Positions 37,882 to 47,941 of a DNA stretch of 64,000 nt are shown here, one piece after another (the first letter of the stretch is position 1; each line of letters starts with the position of its first letter). Made by a program: the position numbers and the translations under genes. The stretch spans positions 7,184-71,183 of the forward strand of contig JANQMA010000001.1 in NCBI GenBank assembly GCA_028280285.1, read 5' to 3'. Source of the stretch: Candidatus Omnitrophota bacterium (GTDB lineage Bacteria; Omnitrophota; Gorgyraeia; Zapsychrales; Zapsychraceae). Below the pieces are notes generated by a model. The model was not told the DNA's origin and did not search any database. It saw only the letters and a list, made by a program, of their open reading frames with translations.

Positions 37882-39912
37882 TTATCTTAAAACAGCATGA
37901 AATTCTTCCATAATAGAAGAAAGTATTTTTTCGTGCACTTTATTAACTTCTTCTTCTGTTAATGTGCGTTTTTTATCCTGATAGGTCAATGAAAAAACAA
38001 GACCTCTTTGATCATTAGCAATTTTTTCCCCTAAATACTCTTCTTTAAAATAGATGTCGCTTAAAATCGGCTTGCCAAGTTGTCGCACTAAATTTTCTAT
38101 TTTTCCGAAATCTTGATCTTTTTTAACCGCAATGCTGACATCGCGCACAACAGCCGGATACTCTGCAATGGCATCATACCCATTTTTCTTAAGACCACAC
38201 ATATATACTTGCTCCATGCTTATTTCGCAAAAATACACATCGGCCTCCTTTATTCCAAACGTACGCAAAACATCGCCATCAACTTTTCCTATGTGTCCAA
38301 TAACCTTTGCTGATAAATGAATCGTTGCACTTTGACCTTTTTCATAAAAACTATTTTCCGTAGATACAAACGTAATTCCTTTGCCCAAATCCATGCATTC
38401 TAAAGCTTGTGTTAAAGCCCCTTTTAAATCATAAAAATCTACCGGTCTATTGCTTGCCGGGCGCCAGTCGGAAACATTGGTTCCCGTCATTAAAATAGCT
38501 AGTGTTTCTTCTTCTGCCTTAGGTGTGTACACTTTTCCTATTTCAAATATTTTTATATTTTTTTGCCCCCGATTAATATTAGTCGCGGCCACGGAAAGAA
38601 AACTTGGCAAAATCGACGGGCGCATTAGTTCTTGTTCTTTCGTCAGAGGATTAATAACGCGAAGTTGTTTTTTATCTATTTGTCCTGTTTGCCCGACCAA
38701 GTCTGCGTTATACATGGCATAGGTGACTGTTTCATCCAAACCTTCAGAAAGCAGCCGGTCTATCACTCTATTACGAATGGGCCGTCTTGGTTCTGAAGGA
38801 ATATTGCAAGATAAAATCGGAGGTAAACTTATAGGAATATTATCAAAGCCTATAATGCGCGCAATCTCCTCGATAAGATCAACCTCTCTTAAAATGTCTT
38901 GTCTAAAATGCGGTGATGCCACCTTAAGTTGCTTGGCAGCTTCGGAAACGGAAAATCCCAATTTTTTAAGTCCGGTTTTTATTTGTGCCTTGGTTGCCTT
39001 TGTTCCTAAATAATTATTTATCTGCTCAACGCTGAGTTTAACACTATTTCCTTTTTGTTGTGTTTTACTTATTTTGGCATCTTTGTATTTTGAAATTTTC
39101 CCGCCGGCATTTTCTAAAATGAGTTGTGTCGCCCGTTTGGATCCGTATTCAACGCCTTGATAGGCAACGCTTCTTTCAAAACGATAAGATGAATCACTCG
39201 ACAGCCCTAACTTACGTGATGTCTGGCGAATAAGAATCTGGTCAAAGTGTGCACTTTCAAGTAAAATGTTTTTAGTTGTCGCCGTTACTTCGGTTGCCGC
39301 GCCTCCCATAATCCCGGCAATGGCCACAGGTTTTTTGGCATCAGCAATGACAAGAATACTTTCATCGAGCTTGCGTTCAACGCCGTCAAGGGTCACAATT
39401 GTTTCGCCTTTTTTAGCACGGCGCACAATAATCTTCCCCCCTTCAAGCTTATCGTAATCAAACGCATGCAGCGGCTGCCCGTTCTCCATTAAGGAATAGT
39501 TCGTTATATCGACGAGGTTATTGATCGGTCTAAGGCCTATACTCGCAATCGCCTCTTTCATCCAAGCTGGAGCGCTCTTGACATTAACCCCCTCAATAAC
39601 AGTGCCTATATAACGCGTGCAGCCTTTGGTATCTTTAATCACAATATTGCAATTTGCTTTTTGCGTGGCTGTCTTTTTTACCTTTGGCAAAGTAAGCGGC
39701 TTATTGAGTATCGCCGAAATCTCACGGGCGATACCAATCATATTCAAACAGTCTGGACGGTTGGGCGTGATTTCTAGTTCAAGCACACAATCTTTGTTGG
39801 CCGAGACAACTTCCTCGACTTCAAGGCCCGCCATAGTCAATTTATGGACGAGTTGCTTGACGGAAATCCCGGGCTTAACGTAATTTTTAATCCAATTAAG
39901 TGATATTTTCAT
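37882..39912 (-). CDS. pheT: Phenylalanyl-tRNA synthetase beta subunit (short form)
   Basis: MKISLNW, ITPNRPDCL, GQPLHAFD, DLIEEIARI, C-terminal FDX-ACB domain; no OB-fold B2 segment. Confidence 0.95.
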   Translation of the reverse strand: MKISLNWIKNYVKPGISVKQLVHKLTMAGLEVEEVVSANKDCVLELEITPNRPDCLNMIGIAREISAILNKPLTLPKVKKTATQKANCNIVIKDTKGCTRYIGTVIEGVNVKSAPAWMKEAIASIGLRPINNLVDITNYSLMENGQPLHAFDYDKLEGGKIIVRRAKKGETIVTLDGVERKLDESILVIADAKKPVAIAGIMGGAATEVTATTKNILLESAHFDQILIRQTSRKLGLSSDSSYRFERSVAYQGVEYGSKRATQLILENAGGKISKYKDAKISKTQQKGNSVKLSVEQINNYLGTKATKAQIKTGLKKLGFSVSEAAKQLKVASPHFRQDILREVDLIEEIARIIGFDNIPISLPPILSCNIPSEPRRPIRNRVIDRLLSEGLDETVTYAMYNADLVGQTGQIDKKQLRVINPLTKEQELMRPSILPSFLSVAATNINRGQKNIKIFEIGKVYTPKAEEETLAILMTGTNVSDWRPASNRPVDFYDLKGALTQALECMDLGKGITFVSTENSFYEKGQSATIHLSAKVIGHIGKVDGDVLRTFGIKEADVYFCEISMEQVYMCGLKKNGYDAIAEYPAVVRDVSIAVKKDQDFGKIENLVRQLGKPILSDIYFKEEYLGEKIANDQRGLVFSLTYQDKKRTLTEEEVNKVHEKILSSIMEEFHAVLR

Positions 39913-39923
39913 AGCATAAAATA

Positions 39924-40045
39924 AACGATAACAGTGATAGAGTGATATTTATAAGTGAAACGATAATTGGTGGTAGAGTGATAATAATATCACTTTACCA
40001 CTCTATCACTACTATCACTTATATCGATAAACCTCTATCGACTTC
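39924..40045. repeat. Second AGTGATAG/CTATCACT inverted 8-mer array, between pheS and pheT
   Basis: AGTGATAG-AGTGATAT...GGTGGTAG-AGTGATA / TATCACT-TTACCACT-CTATCACT-A-CTATCACT. Confidence 0.88.
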
Positions 40046-40049
40046 TTCT

Positions 40050-41060
40050 CTAAAATTGTCGCAAGAACCGTACATCATTTTCATAAAATGTCCGGATATC
40101 TTTAATCCCATATTTACACATAGCAATCCGCTCGACCCCAAGCCCAAACGCAAGGCCGGTATACTCGCCATCTTTATAGCCGGCTGCCTTAAACACATTG
40201 GGATGAACCATGCCACAGCCCATGATTTCGAGCCAATCTTTTTTGCCGCCCTTCCATGAAATATCCACCTCGGCCGACGGTTCGGTGAAAGGAAAGAAGT
40301 GTGGACGGAAACGCATCTTAATATCATCAGAAAATAAACGCTTAAGAAATACTTCGAGCAGTCCTTTAAGATCAGAAAATTTAATATTCTTATCCACAAC
40401 AAGGCCTTCTATCTGATGAAACATAAACGAATGGCTGGCATCCACGGCATCCGGGCGAAAAACCTTGCCCGGAACAAGAACCGCCATCGGTGGCTTGTAC
40501 TTTTGCATGATCCGCACCTGCGCCGGAGATGTTTGACTGCGCAAAAGCATGTTTTGCCCGGCATTGGTCTTATTTTTCATATCAACATAAAATGTGTCAA
40601 ACCCATCGCGCGAAGGATGATCTTTCGGAATATTTAACGCATCAAAGTTATAAAACTCCGATTCTATTTCCGGCCCTTCTTGAACAGAAAACCCCATCTT
40701 TTCAAAAATATCGCAGATTTCTTCAATGGTTTGTGTGATTAAATGTTTGTGTCCGGTCGAACGTGAAACGCCGGGAAGCGTTACATCAAGCTCTTTAATA
40801 GAGGAAGCCTTTTTGGTTTTTTTGATTTGATCTCTTTCACCGTCAATAAGGCCGGTAATTCTTGTCTTTAAAATATTGATATTTTTACCCAAGGCGGGCT
40901 TTTCTTCTTTGGAGGCCGTGGCAAGGGCCGCATACATATCGGCAAGTAACCCTTTGCGTCCTAAATACTTTATACGGAAAGCCTCTAAGTCCTTATCAGA
41001 GGCAACTGCACGGAGCTCCTCTTCTGCCTTTTGTGTAATTTGATCAAAATCCCAATTCAT
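40050..41060 (-). CDS. pheS: Phenylalanyl-tRNA synthetase alpha subunit
   Basis: NFDALNIPKDHPSR, FHQIEGL, FPFTEPSAE, AFGLGVERI. Confidence 0.97.
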   Translation of the reverse strand: MNWDFDQITQKAEEELRAVASDKDLEAFRIKYLGRKGLLADMYAALATASKEEKPALGKNINILKTRITGLIDGERDQIKKTKKASSIKELDVTLPGVSRSTGHKHLITQTIEEICDIFEKMGFSVQEGPEIESEFYNFDALNIPKDHPSRDGFDTFYVDMKNKTNAGQNMLLRSQTSPAQVRIMQKYKPPMAVLVPGKVFRPDAVDASHSFMFHQIEGLVVDKNIKFSDLKGLLEVFLKRLFSDDIKMRFRPHFFPFTEPSAEVDISWKGGKKDWLEIMGCGMVHPNVFKAAGYKDGEYTGLAFGLGVERIAMCKYGIKDIRTFYENDVRFLRQF

Positions 41061-41113
41061 AATTATCTTTCTTACCGGCGCATTATAACACCGATCACGG
41101 GCCTATCAAAGCC

Positions 41114-42562
41114 CTACCTTTTCCAGCTCGAGAAAATAAAGAGCATAAGAAAAGAATAAAGCTCCAAACGTCCGGCGAGCATTAAAAATATAAGCAACCA
41201 TTTCCCCGGCATAGAAACCCAGGCAAAGTTCTTTGTTGCTCCTATAGCATCCAAGCCCGGACCAATATTGCTCAGAGCCGAAATGGAAGCACTTGTTGCC
41301 GTTTCTAAACTACAGCCTTCAATGGCTAAAAATAAAATGGCTCCAATAAAAAACAAAAAGATAAAAATCGCAAAATAAGTCAGCACCGTTGAAACAACTT
41401 TTTCGGTAATGGCCTTATCGCTGATGCGTATCGGCATAACCGCGTTCGGCAGTGCTGCCTGAAAAACGGAGCGAAAAGAAATCTTAACCGCCAAAAGCAT
41501 GCGGATGATTTTCATGCCGCCTGCGGTCGATCCACCACACCCGCCAACAACCATCATCAACAGCATTAAAAAACGCAACGTGTTAGGCCACATATCAAAA
41601 TCGGCGGTTGTAAAACCGGTTGTTGTTAAAATAGAAACAACCTGAAAAACGCTTTCCCGTAAAGGCGCAACAGAGTAGTGTGTTGCATGAAGAATAACGC
41701 CGAACACCGCAATCAACAAAATAGTGGCCAATAAATAAACAATAAACTCTTCGTTTTTAAAATATTTGTTCGGTTTGCCGCGAATCGCTTGAAAATGCAG
41801 TGCAAAATTAATCCCTGCCAAAAACATAAAAACAATTGTCACCCATTGAATAAACGGACTAAACGCTCCCATGCTCGCATTGTGTGTCGAAAAACCTCCC
41901 GTCGACATTGTGGCGAATGTATGGCAAAGCGCTTCGAATACATCCATCCCTCCCGCCATAAACAGTGCAGCCAATAAAAGCGAAAGAGAAAGATAAATGA
42001 TCCATAAATTTTTAGCCGTCTCTTTAACACGTGGCTCGGACCGTTCAATGTTAAGCCCTGGAGCCTCGGCTTTATAAAGCTGAAAACCGCTTACTCCGAG
42101 GGCCGGTAGAATTGCCACATAAAGAACAATGATCCCCATGCCACCAATCCATTGCGTCAGACTTCGCCAAAATAAAATGCCACGCGGCAATACTTCAACG
42201 TCAGTAAAAATGGTCGCTCCTGTTGTCGTAAAGCCACTTACCGTTTCAAAAAATGCGTCTGTAAAGTGCGGTACAACCCCGCTTAAATATAAAGGAAGCG
42301 CTCCGAATAAAGAAAGAAAAACCCACGATAGGCCAACAATAGCCAACCCATCTTTCACGCTTACCTTTATTTTTTTGTTAATCCTGACTGAAAAAATAGC
42401 GATCAAAGAGACAAAAAAACCAAGACAAATGGTCTCGACAAACGCATTAACTTCCCGACTGTTGGGATTATCATAAAGGGCCCAGCCAAGCGGAATGAGC
42501 ATCACAAAACAAACAATTAAAAGGATCCGCGAAATTATATTAAAAACAAACCGTTTATGCAT
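41114..42562 (-). CDS. trkH: Trk K+ uptake membrane subunit
   Basis: SGFTTTGA, QWIGGMG, STGGFS, TTTGF, GSTAGG, NIGPG, GRLE. Confidence 0.94.
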   Translation of the reverse strand: MHKRFVFNIISRILLIVCFVMLIPLGWALYDNPNSREVNAFVETICLGFFVSLIAIFSVRINKKIKVSVKDGLAIVGLSWVFLSLFGALPLYLSGVVPHFTDAFFETVSGFTTTGATIFTDVEVLPRGILFWRSLTQWIGGMGIIVLYVAILPALGVSGFQLYKAEAPGLNIERSEPRVKETAKNLWIIYLSLSLLLAALFMAGGMDVFEALCHTFATMSTGGFSTHNASMGAFSPFIQWVTIVFMFLAGINFALHFQAIRGKPNKYFKNEEFIVYLLATILLIAVFGVILHATHYSVAPLRESVFQVVSILTTTGFTTADFDMWPNTLRFLMLLMMVVGGCGGSTAGGMKIIRMLLAVKISFRSVFQAALPNAVMPIRISDKAITEKVVSTVLTYFAIFIFLFFIGAILFLAIEGCSLETATSASISALSNIGPGLDAIGATKNFAWVSMPGKWLLIFLMLAGRLELYSFLMLFIFSSWKR

Positions 42563-42568
42563 AAGACA

Positions 42569-43915
42569 TTACTTAGTAAAAACCTGCTGGACTTTCTTTT
42601 GCGCCTCTTGTTGACAAAAAACAACCACTTTCTCCCCGGGCTTGATATGTGTATCTCCGTTCGCCAAATGAATTTCATTCGCCGAATAAACCGCGCCAAC
42701 AATTGCCCCTTTGGGAAATTTAATATCTTTGAGTGGGTGTTTGGTAACTGCTGCCCCTTCTTCGGCGACAAGTTCAAGCGCTTCAGCGTCACTTTCTGTC
42801 AGCTTGACAATAGCCCGGATATTTTTACCTCTGACAAGTTGTAATATATGTTCAGCCGCCAAATAATGCGGATTAATAATCGCGTCAATAACCAGTGTAT
42901 TAGCAATGCTCAAATAATCCGGCTGTTGCGTCATAATAATTGTCTGACGGGCGCCCATATTTTTGGCCAGAACAGAGCTAATTAAATTGGCATGATCATT
43001 ATTCGATGTGGCAATAAAAACATCGGCAGCATCAATACCTGATTCGGTTAAAATTTCAGCGTCCGACGCCGACCCATTAATCACCACCGCATGATCCAGC
43101 TCCTCGGCAATTTTGGAAGCCTTATCTGAATCTTCTTCTAAGATAACAACATTCTTAACTTTATCCGCCAGCTCCATCGCCACATGAAGCCCGGTAAATG
43201 TCGCTCCATAAATAACAACCTTTTTGGGCATCTTAATATCGGGATCAACAAAGGTAAGGAATTCTGCCATCGAGTAGGCCGGAAGCAAAACATAGATGTG
43301 ATCATTTTCCTCGATAACTGTGTCACCGCGTGGGATGATAACATTATCTTGCCTGACAACAGAAACGACCAGAAAAGGCCAGGGAAAATCTTCTTCGCCG
43401 AGTTCAAACACCTTTGCGCCATTAAGCGGTGAATCTTTTTTAATATCAAAACCGCGCAGCAAAATTTTTCCGTCGGCAAAATCAGCTACTTCTGTTGCCC
43501 CCGGGGTTTGAACTGTTTTAGCAATTGTCTCCGCCGCCACAAGCTCGGGATTGATCACCTCATTAACACCAAACTTATGATATCCGGAATCAACTAATGT
43601 GTCTCTTAACGCTGTGCTGCGTACGCGTGCAATACATCTCTTCGCGCCATAAAATTCCGCAAGCGAGCAGACAACCAGATTAACTTCATCTGACGTTGTT
43701 ACGGCTAAAACTAAATCTGCCTTTTCAACGCCTGCCTGCTTAAGTGTTTTAGGATCAGAGCCTGATCCCTTAACCATTTTAACATCAAGCTTATCAATAT
43801 ATTGACTGATCCTTTCCTGATTATTTTCGACCAGATAAACCTCATGATCTTCAGCAGAAAGTGATTTAGAAAGGTTGCGTCCGATCCGCCCGGCTCCCAC
43901 AATAACTATAAGCAT
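42569..43915 (-). CDS. trkA: Trk K+ uptake regulatory subunit
   Basis: 448 aa with two RCK N/C pairs; IVGAGRIG. Confidence 0.93.
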   Translation of the reverse strand: MLIVIVGAGRIGRNLSKSLSAEDHEVYLVENNQERISQYIDKLDVKMVKGSGSDPKTLKQAGVEKADLVLAVTTSDEVNLVVCSLAEFYGAKRCIARVRSTALRDTLVDSGYHKFGVNEVINPELVAAETIAKTVQTPGATEVADFADGKILLRGFDIKKDSPLNGAKVFELGEEDFPWPFLVVSVVRQDNVIIPRGDTVIEENDHIYVLLPAYSMAEFLTFVDPDIKMPKKVVIYGATFTGLHVAMELADKVKNVVILEEDSDKASKIAEELDHAVVINGSASDAEILTESGIDAADVFIATSNNDHANLISSVLAKNMGARQTIIMTQQPDYLSIANTLVIDAIINPHYLAAEHILQLVRGKNIRAIVKLTESDAEALELVAEEGAAVTKHPLKDIKFPKGAIVGAVYSANEIHLANGDTHIKPGEKVVVFCQQEAQKKVQQVFTK

Positions 43916-43931
43916 TTTTGTCCTCGAATAG

Positions 43932-44030
43932 CAATTAAGGGGACATATTATTTCAATTAAGGGGACACAATACTTAATTCAATTACGAATTAAGTATTGT
44001 GTCCCCTTAATTGCTTTGTCCCCTTAATTG
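43932..44030. repeat. Nested inverted repeat (CAATTAAGGGGACA family)
   Basis: Perfect 27-bp IR (43954-43980 / 43987-44013) inside an outer 14-bp IR (43932-43945 / 44017-44030) with the same terminus. Confidence 0.9.
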
Positions 44031-44053
44031 ATTTATTTATTGTCCGCTAATCA

Positions 44054-44449
44054 TTATGCGGTTGTTTTTTTGTCTGCAGCAGCTTTTTTTGGTTTCGATT
44101 CTGCCCCTTGTGCTACCTTAACCAGCTCTTTAAACGCATCCGGCGATGAAATAGCAAGTTCTGAAAGCACCTTACGGTTAACTTCGACATTTGCATCATC
44201 CAGACCTTTAATAAAACGGCTGTAATTAATGCCGTTTTCTTGGCACGCTGCGCTAATACGCACAATCCATAGACGTCTGAATTCACGTTTGCGCACCTTA
44301 CGGTCACGATATTCATAGGTCATGCCTTTGATAACAGACTTAATCGCTTGACGGTAGTTTGTGCTACGCTTGCCAAACTGTCCGCTGGCGGCTTTAAGCA
44401 CTTTTTTACGACGCGTCTTAGCTGCTATTGTTCCTCTAACTCTAACCAT
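44054..44449 (-). CDS. rplT: 50S ribosomal protein L20
   Basis: MVRVRG, YRDRKVRKREFRRLWIVRISAA, NRKVLSELA. Confidence 0.97.
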   Translation of the reverse strand: MVRVRGTIAAKTRRKKVLKAASGQFGKRSTNYRQAIKSVIKGMTYEYRDRKVRKREFRRLWIVRISAACQENGINYSRFIKGLDDANVEVNRKVLSELAISSPDAFKELVKVAQGAESKPKKAAADKKTTA

Positions 44450-44639
44450 AAGGCAATAGCCTCCTTATTCTTTTTGCTTCACATTCCGATAAATATGAGC
44501 TCTTACGTAACTTGCGTTTCGTCTTACGAGACATTTTACCAAGAATGTGTCCCCGATTGGCGCTGCGTTTTTTGATCTTTCCGCTTTTGGTGATCTTGAA
44601 ACGTTTCGCCGCTGATTTATTTGTTTTTAACTTCGGCAT
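44442..44639 (-). CDS. rpmI: 50S ribosomal protein L35
   Basis: MPKLKTNKSAAKRFKITKSGK. Confidence 0.97.
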   Translation of the reverse strand: MPKLKTNKSAAKRFKITKSGKIKKRSANRGHILGKMSRKTKRKLRKSSYLSECEAKRIRRLLPYG

Positions 44640-44733
44640 TTTAAGCTCCCTTTTTGGCTAATCATTCTTCGCACGTGTATTCATGCGCTCAGCTCACCTC
44701 AATCAGGCCCCTACAACCTTTGAGAAAAGCATT

Positions 44734-45288
44734 TTATTCTTTTGCTTCGGGCTCTTCTGGTTTTTTCTTAACTATCTTTTCTGACACAGGATTAAAAAGA
44801 ACAAACATGGTCCGTCCTTCTTGAGACGGCGCTTTATCAGGAATGCCTATTCCTTCTAAATCCTTTATCATTTTTTCTAAAACTTTACGTCCGAGCTCAC
44901 GATGCATCATTTCGCGGCCACGGAACATTAAATTAACTTTAAGCTTATCTTTCTTCTCTAAAAAGGCAATGGCCTGCTTTAATTTTATCTGATAATCGCC
45001 ATCACCGATACGCGGCTTAAGGCGAATTTGTTTTAGTTGTGAAACATGTTGATTCTTTTTTATACGTCTTTCTTTTTTCTCTTGATCATATTTATATTTA
45101 CTATAATCCATTATGCGGCAAACAGGTGGTTTTGCCGTCGGTGCTATTTCAACCAAATCAAGTTCATGCTCTTGTGCTAAATCGAGTGCGCGCTTTAACA
45201 CTACTACACCTAACTGCTCTGCATCCGGGCCGATAACCCTCACTTCCGCCGCTTTAATACGATCATTAATACGTGTAAACTTTTGAAT
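44734..45288 (-). CDS. infC: Translation initiation factor IF-3 with AUU start
   Basis: Frame extends upstream of the track start as IQKFTRINDRIKAAEVRVI; GGAGGT-ggcatt-ATT at 45288 (alternative ATT at 45291). Confidence 0.95.
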   Translation of the reverse strand: MQKFTRINDRIKAAEVRVIGPDAEQLGVVVLKRALDLAQEHELDLVEIAPTAKPPVCRIMDYSKYKYDQEKKERRIKKNQHVSQLKQIRLKPRIGDGDYQIKLKQAIAFLEKKDKLKVNLMFRGREMMHRELGRKVLEKMIKDLEGIGIPDKAPSQEGRTMFVLFNPVSEKIVKKKPEEPEAKE

Positions 45289-45302
45289 AATGCCACCTCC
45301 TA

Positions 45303-47033
45303 TTAGGATTTATTATTAATTTCTTCGGTGATTTTCGTTTTAAACACCTCAACGTTCATCGCACCTAGATCACCTTCATCGTAATGTCTTACAGCAACCG
45401 CGCCATCTTTAGCCTCCTGGTCACCAATAACCAAAATATACGGCACTTTTTGAACCGTGGCTTCACGAATACGCTTCCCAAGGCTCTCATTTCTGCTGTC
45501 AATTATAGCGCGTATATCCTGTGTTTGTAAATCTTCTTTTACCTGCTCAGCATACGCCGCATGTTTATCCGCAATCGGTATAATTTTCACCTGTGTCGGC
45601 GCAAGCCACACAGGAAATGCTCCAGCATAATGCTCAATAAGTGTCCCAAAGAAGCGTTCAACGCTGCCGAGTATAGCACGATGGATCATAATGGGTTGCC
45701 TTGGTTGTCCGTCTTCGGCCACATAGGACATATCAAATCTCTTTGGCAGAGAAAAGTCGCATTGTATCGTTGCGCATTGCCATTCCCGGTTCAAAGCATC
45801 TCTCAACTTAATATCAATTTTCGGACCGTAAAATGCCCCGTCACCTTCATTTATTTCATACGCAATTTCTTTATCCTTTAAAGCATCCTTCAAAGCTTTT
45901 GTTGCCATTTCCCAATCTTCATCAGATCCAATGTATTTTTCAGGTTTTGTGCTCAGTTCAATCGCAATATCTTTAAAACCAAAATCATTCATCACATCAT
46001 ACATAAAATCTATCATATCCATAACTTCTGTTTTAACCTGATCTTCGCGGCAAAACACATGCCCATCATCTTGTGTAAATCCTCTTACGCGTAAAAGTCC
46101 GTGCAAAACGCCGGCTTTTTCTTGACGATAAACCGTTCCAAGTTCTGCATAACGAATTGGTAAATCACGGTAGGAACGTATCTTCGATTTATAGATCATG
46201 ATATGCCCCGGGCAATTCATCGGCTTAACCGCATACTGCTCGCCGTCAATATCGAGCCAATACATATTTTCCTTATAATTTTCCGCGTGCCCGCTAATCT
46301 CCCAAAGATTGCCTTTCAAAATATGTGGCGTAACAACTAAGTCATACCCGCGCTTAATATTTTGATTTTCAATATATTCTTCGATCAGCTTTCTTAATAT
46401 TGCTCCTGCGGGATGGAAAAACACAAGCCCTGCGCCGGCCTCATTATGATAAAAATCAAACAACCCCAACTGTGGTCCAAGTTTACGGTGATCGCGTTTT
46501 TTTGCTTCTTCAAGCATTGTCAAATGCTCGTCGAGCTCTTCTTTAGAGAAAAAGGCTGTTCCATAAATTCTCTGCAGTTGTGCCTTGGATTCATCGCCGC
46601 GCCAATAGCTGCCGGCAACGGATAAAAGTTTAAACGCCTTTATCTCGCCCGCGTTGTCAACGTGCGGTCCTTTACACAGATCCATCCATTCATCGCCCGT
46701 ATGATAAATCGATACTTCTGCATCTTCTAAATTTTCAATGAGCTCTACTTTAAATTCTTCGCCTTTGCTTTTAAAAAAATCAATGGCTTCGGCTTTTTTC
46801 ATTGAACTCTGCGTGAAAGCAGGTTTACGTTCAATGATCTTCTTCATGCGCTTTTCGATTTTACGCAAATCCGTATCTGTAAACGGTTCGTCTTTTTGAA
46901 AATCATAATAAAACCCGTCTTCAATCGCCGGACCGATTGTTACCTTAGTCTCAGGCCAAAGCTCCTGCACGGCCTGCGCCATAATATGCGCACAACTGTG
47001 TCTTAACTTATCAATGTCTCTTGAGTAGTCCAT
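45303..47033 (-). CDS. thrS: Threonyl-tRNA synthetase (no TGS domain)
   Basis: LRHSCAH, DLCKGPH, RDHRKLG, KPMNCPGH, HRAILGSVERF. Confidence 0.97.
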   Translation of the reverse strand: MDYSRDIDKLRHSCAHIMAQAVQELWPETKVTIGPAIEDGFYYDFQKDEPFTDTDLRKIEKRMKKIIERKPAFTQSSMKKAEAIDFFKSKGEEFKVELIENLEDAEVSIYHTGDEWMDLCKGPHVDNAGEIKAFKLLSVAGSYWRGDESKAQLQRIYGTAFFSKEELDEHLTMLEEAKKRDHRKLGPQLGLFDFYHNEAGAGLVFFHPAGAILRKLIEEYIENQNIKRGYDLVVTPHILKGNLWEISGHAENYKENMYWLDIDGEQYAVKPMNCPGHIMIYKSKIRSYRDLPIRYAELGTVYRQEKAGVLHGLLRVRGFTQDDGHVFCREDQVKTEVMDMIDFMYDVMNDFGFKDIAIELSTKPEKYIGSDEDWEMATKALKDALKDKEIAYEINEGDGAFYGPKIDIKLRDALNREWQCATIQCDFSLPKRFDMSYVAEDGQPRQPIMIHRAILGSVERFFGTLIEHYAGAFPVWLAPTQVKIIPIADKHAAYAEQVKEDLQTQDIRAIIDSRNESLGKRIREATVQKVPYILVIGDQEAKDGAVAVRHYDEGDLGAMNVEVFKTKITEEINNKS

Positions 47034-47083
47034 AAATGAGCTCCAAACTCAGCCCTTCTCAAACCTTTTTATAGAAGACTAGC

Positions 47084-47160
47084 TGGTGGACCCGACAAGA
47101 TTCGAACTTGTGACCCCTACCATGTCAAGGTAGTACTCTAACCAACTGAGCTACGGGTCC
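47084..47160 (-). tRNA. tRNA-Val(GAC)
   Basis: Cloverleaf GGACCCG..., anticodon arm CTACC-TTGACAT-GGTAG, GTTCGAAT, encoded CCA. Confidence 0.96.
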
Positions 47161-47186
47161 AGATAACTATTACCTAACGTCTAAAA

Positions 47187-47270
47187 TGGGCGAGGTGGGA
47201 CTTGAACCCACACGACCTTGCGGCCACAAGATTTTAAGTCTTGCGTGTCTACCAATTCCACCACCCGCCC
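47187..47270 (-). tRNA. tRNA-Leu(TAA)
   Basis: CAAGA-CTTAAAA-TCTTG anticodon arm, long variable arm, no encoded CCA. Confidence 0.95.
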
Positions 47271-47286
47271 CTACATCTTTTAAACC

Positions 47287-47361
47287 TGGAGGCGACGATC
47301 GGAATCGAACCGATGAATAAAGGCTTTGCAGGCCTCCGCCTTACCACTTGGCTACGTCGCC
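47287..47361 (-). tRNA. tRNA-Cys(GCA)
   Basis: GAGGC-CTGCAAA-GCCTT anticodon arm, U discriminator, encoded CCA. Confidence 0.96.
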
Positions 47362-47378
47362 ATAAAATAAAAGAACAA

Positions 47379-47927
47379 TTAATTAAGTACTTTACAGGCG
47401 GCCTCAACAATATCGTCAACCTCGACCAAATGCCCCGTCCCGTAATCACCGCACGCAAGCTCGCCTTCAATCGGATCAATAAAAGTCATGCCGGCCGACT
47501 TAAGCTTATCCTTATTTTCCCGAAAAAATTTATTATTGTACATCTGTGTATTCATCGCCGGCGCCAGGACAATAGGTGCCTTTGTCGCCATGACAATGCA
47601 ACTTAACAAATCATCGGCCAAACCATTGGCAATCTTTCCGACAATGTTGGCTGTCGCCGGTGCAATTAGAACTAAGTCAGCATCGCGTGCCAAATCAATA
47701 TGCGGCATCTCTCCTGCCGGAGAACCATCATCAAATAATTCTGTAAAAACCTCTTGGTCGGATAGGCTTTTTAAAGTCAAAGGGGTTATAAAGTGTTCGG
47801 CTGATTTTGTCATAACAACCGAAACCTTAAACCCCTTTTCTTTTAAACGCCTTAAAATATCTGCAGACTTATAGGCCGCAATACTTCCCGTAACACCTAA
47901 AACAATATGTTTATTATTCTCTGTCAC
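47379..47927 (-). CDS. coaC: Phosphopantothenoylcysteine decarboxylase (CoaC domain only)
   Basis: GVTGSIAAYK, HIDLA, APATAN, PAMN, LACGDYGTG; ends at 182 aa without a CoaB domain. Confidence 0.9.
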   Translation of the reverse strand: MTENNKHIVLGVTGSIAAYKSADILRRLKEKGFKVSVVMTKSAEHFITPLTLKSLSDQEVFTELFDDGSPAGEMPHIDLARDADLVLIAPATANIVGKIANGLADDLLSCIVMATKAPIVLAPAMNTQMYNNKFFRENKDKLKSAGMTFIDPIEGELACGDYGTGHLVEVDDIVEAACKVLN

Positions 47928-47941
47928 GGCTCATCACGCTC

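Noticed and set aside
39942-40402. ORFs crossing the pheS-pheT spacer
   Set aside because: Low-complexity translation of the octamer array plus pheS shadow frames
1034-44030. Periodic repeats as CRISPR arrays
   Set aside because: Units are 7-14 bp, inverted, have no unique spacers, and there are no cas genes
47034-47083. T-box leaders before thrS or pheS
   Set aside because: Spacers are only about 50 nt and lack the T-box consensus
47084-47361. tRNA cluster as an integration site
   Set aside because: No integrase, no duplicated tRNA 3' end and no foreign genes adjacent
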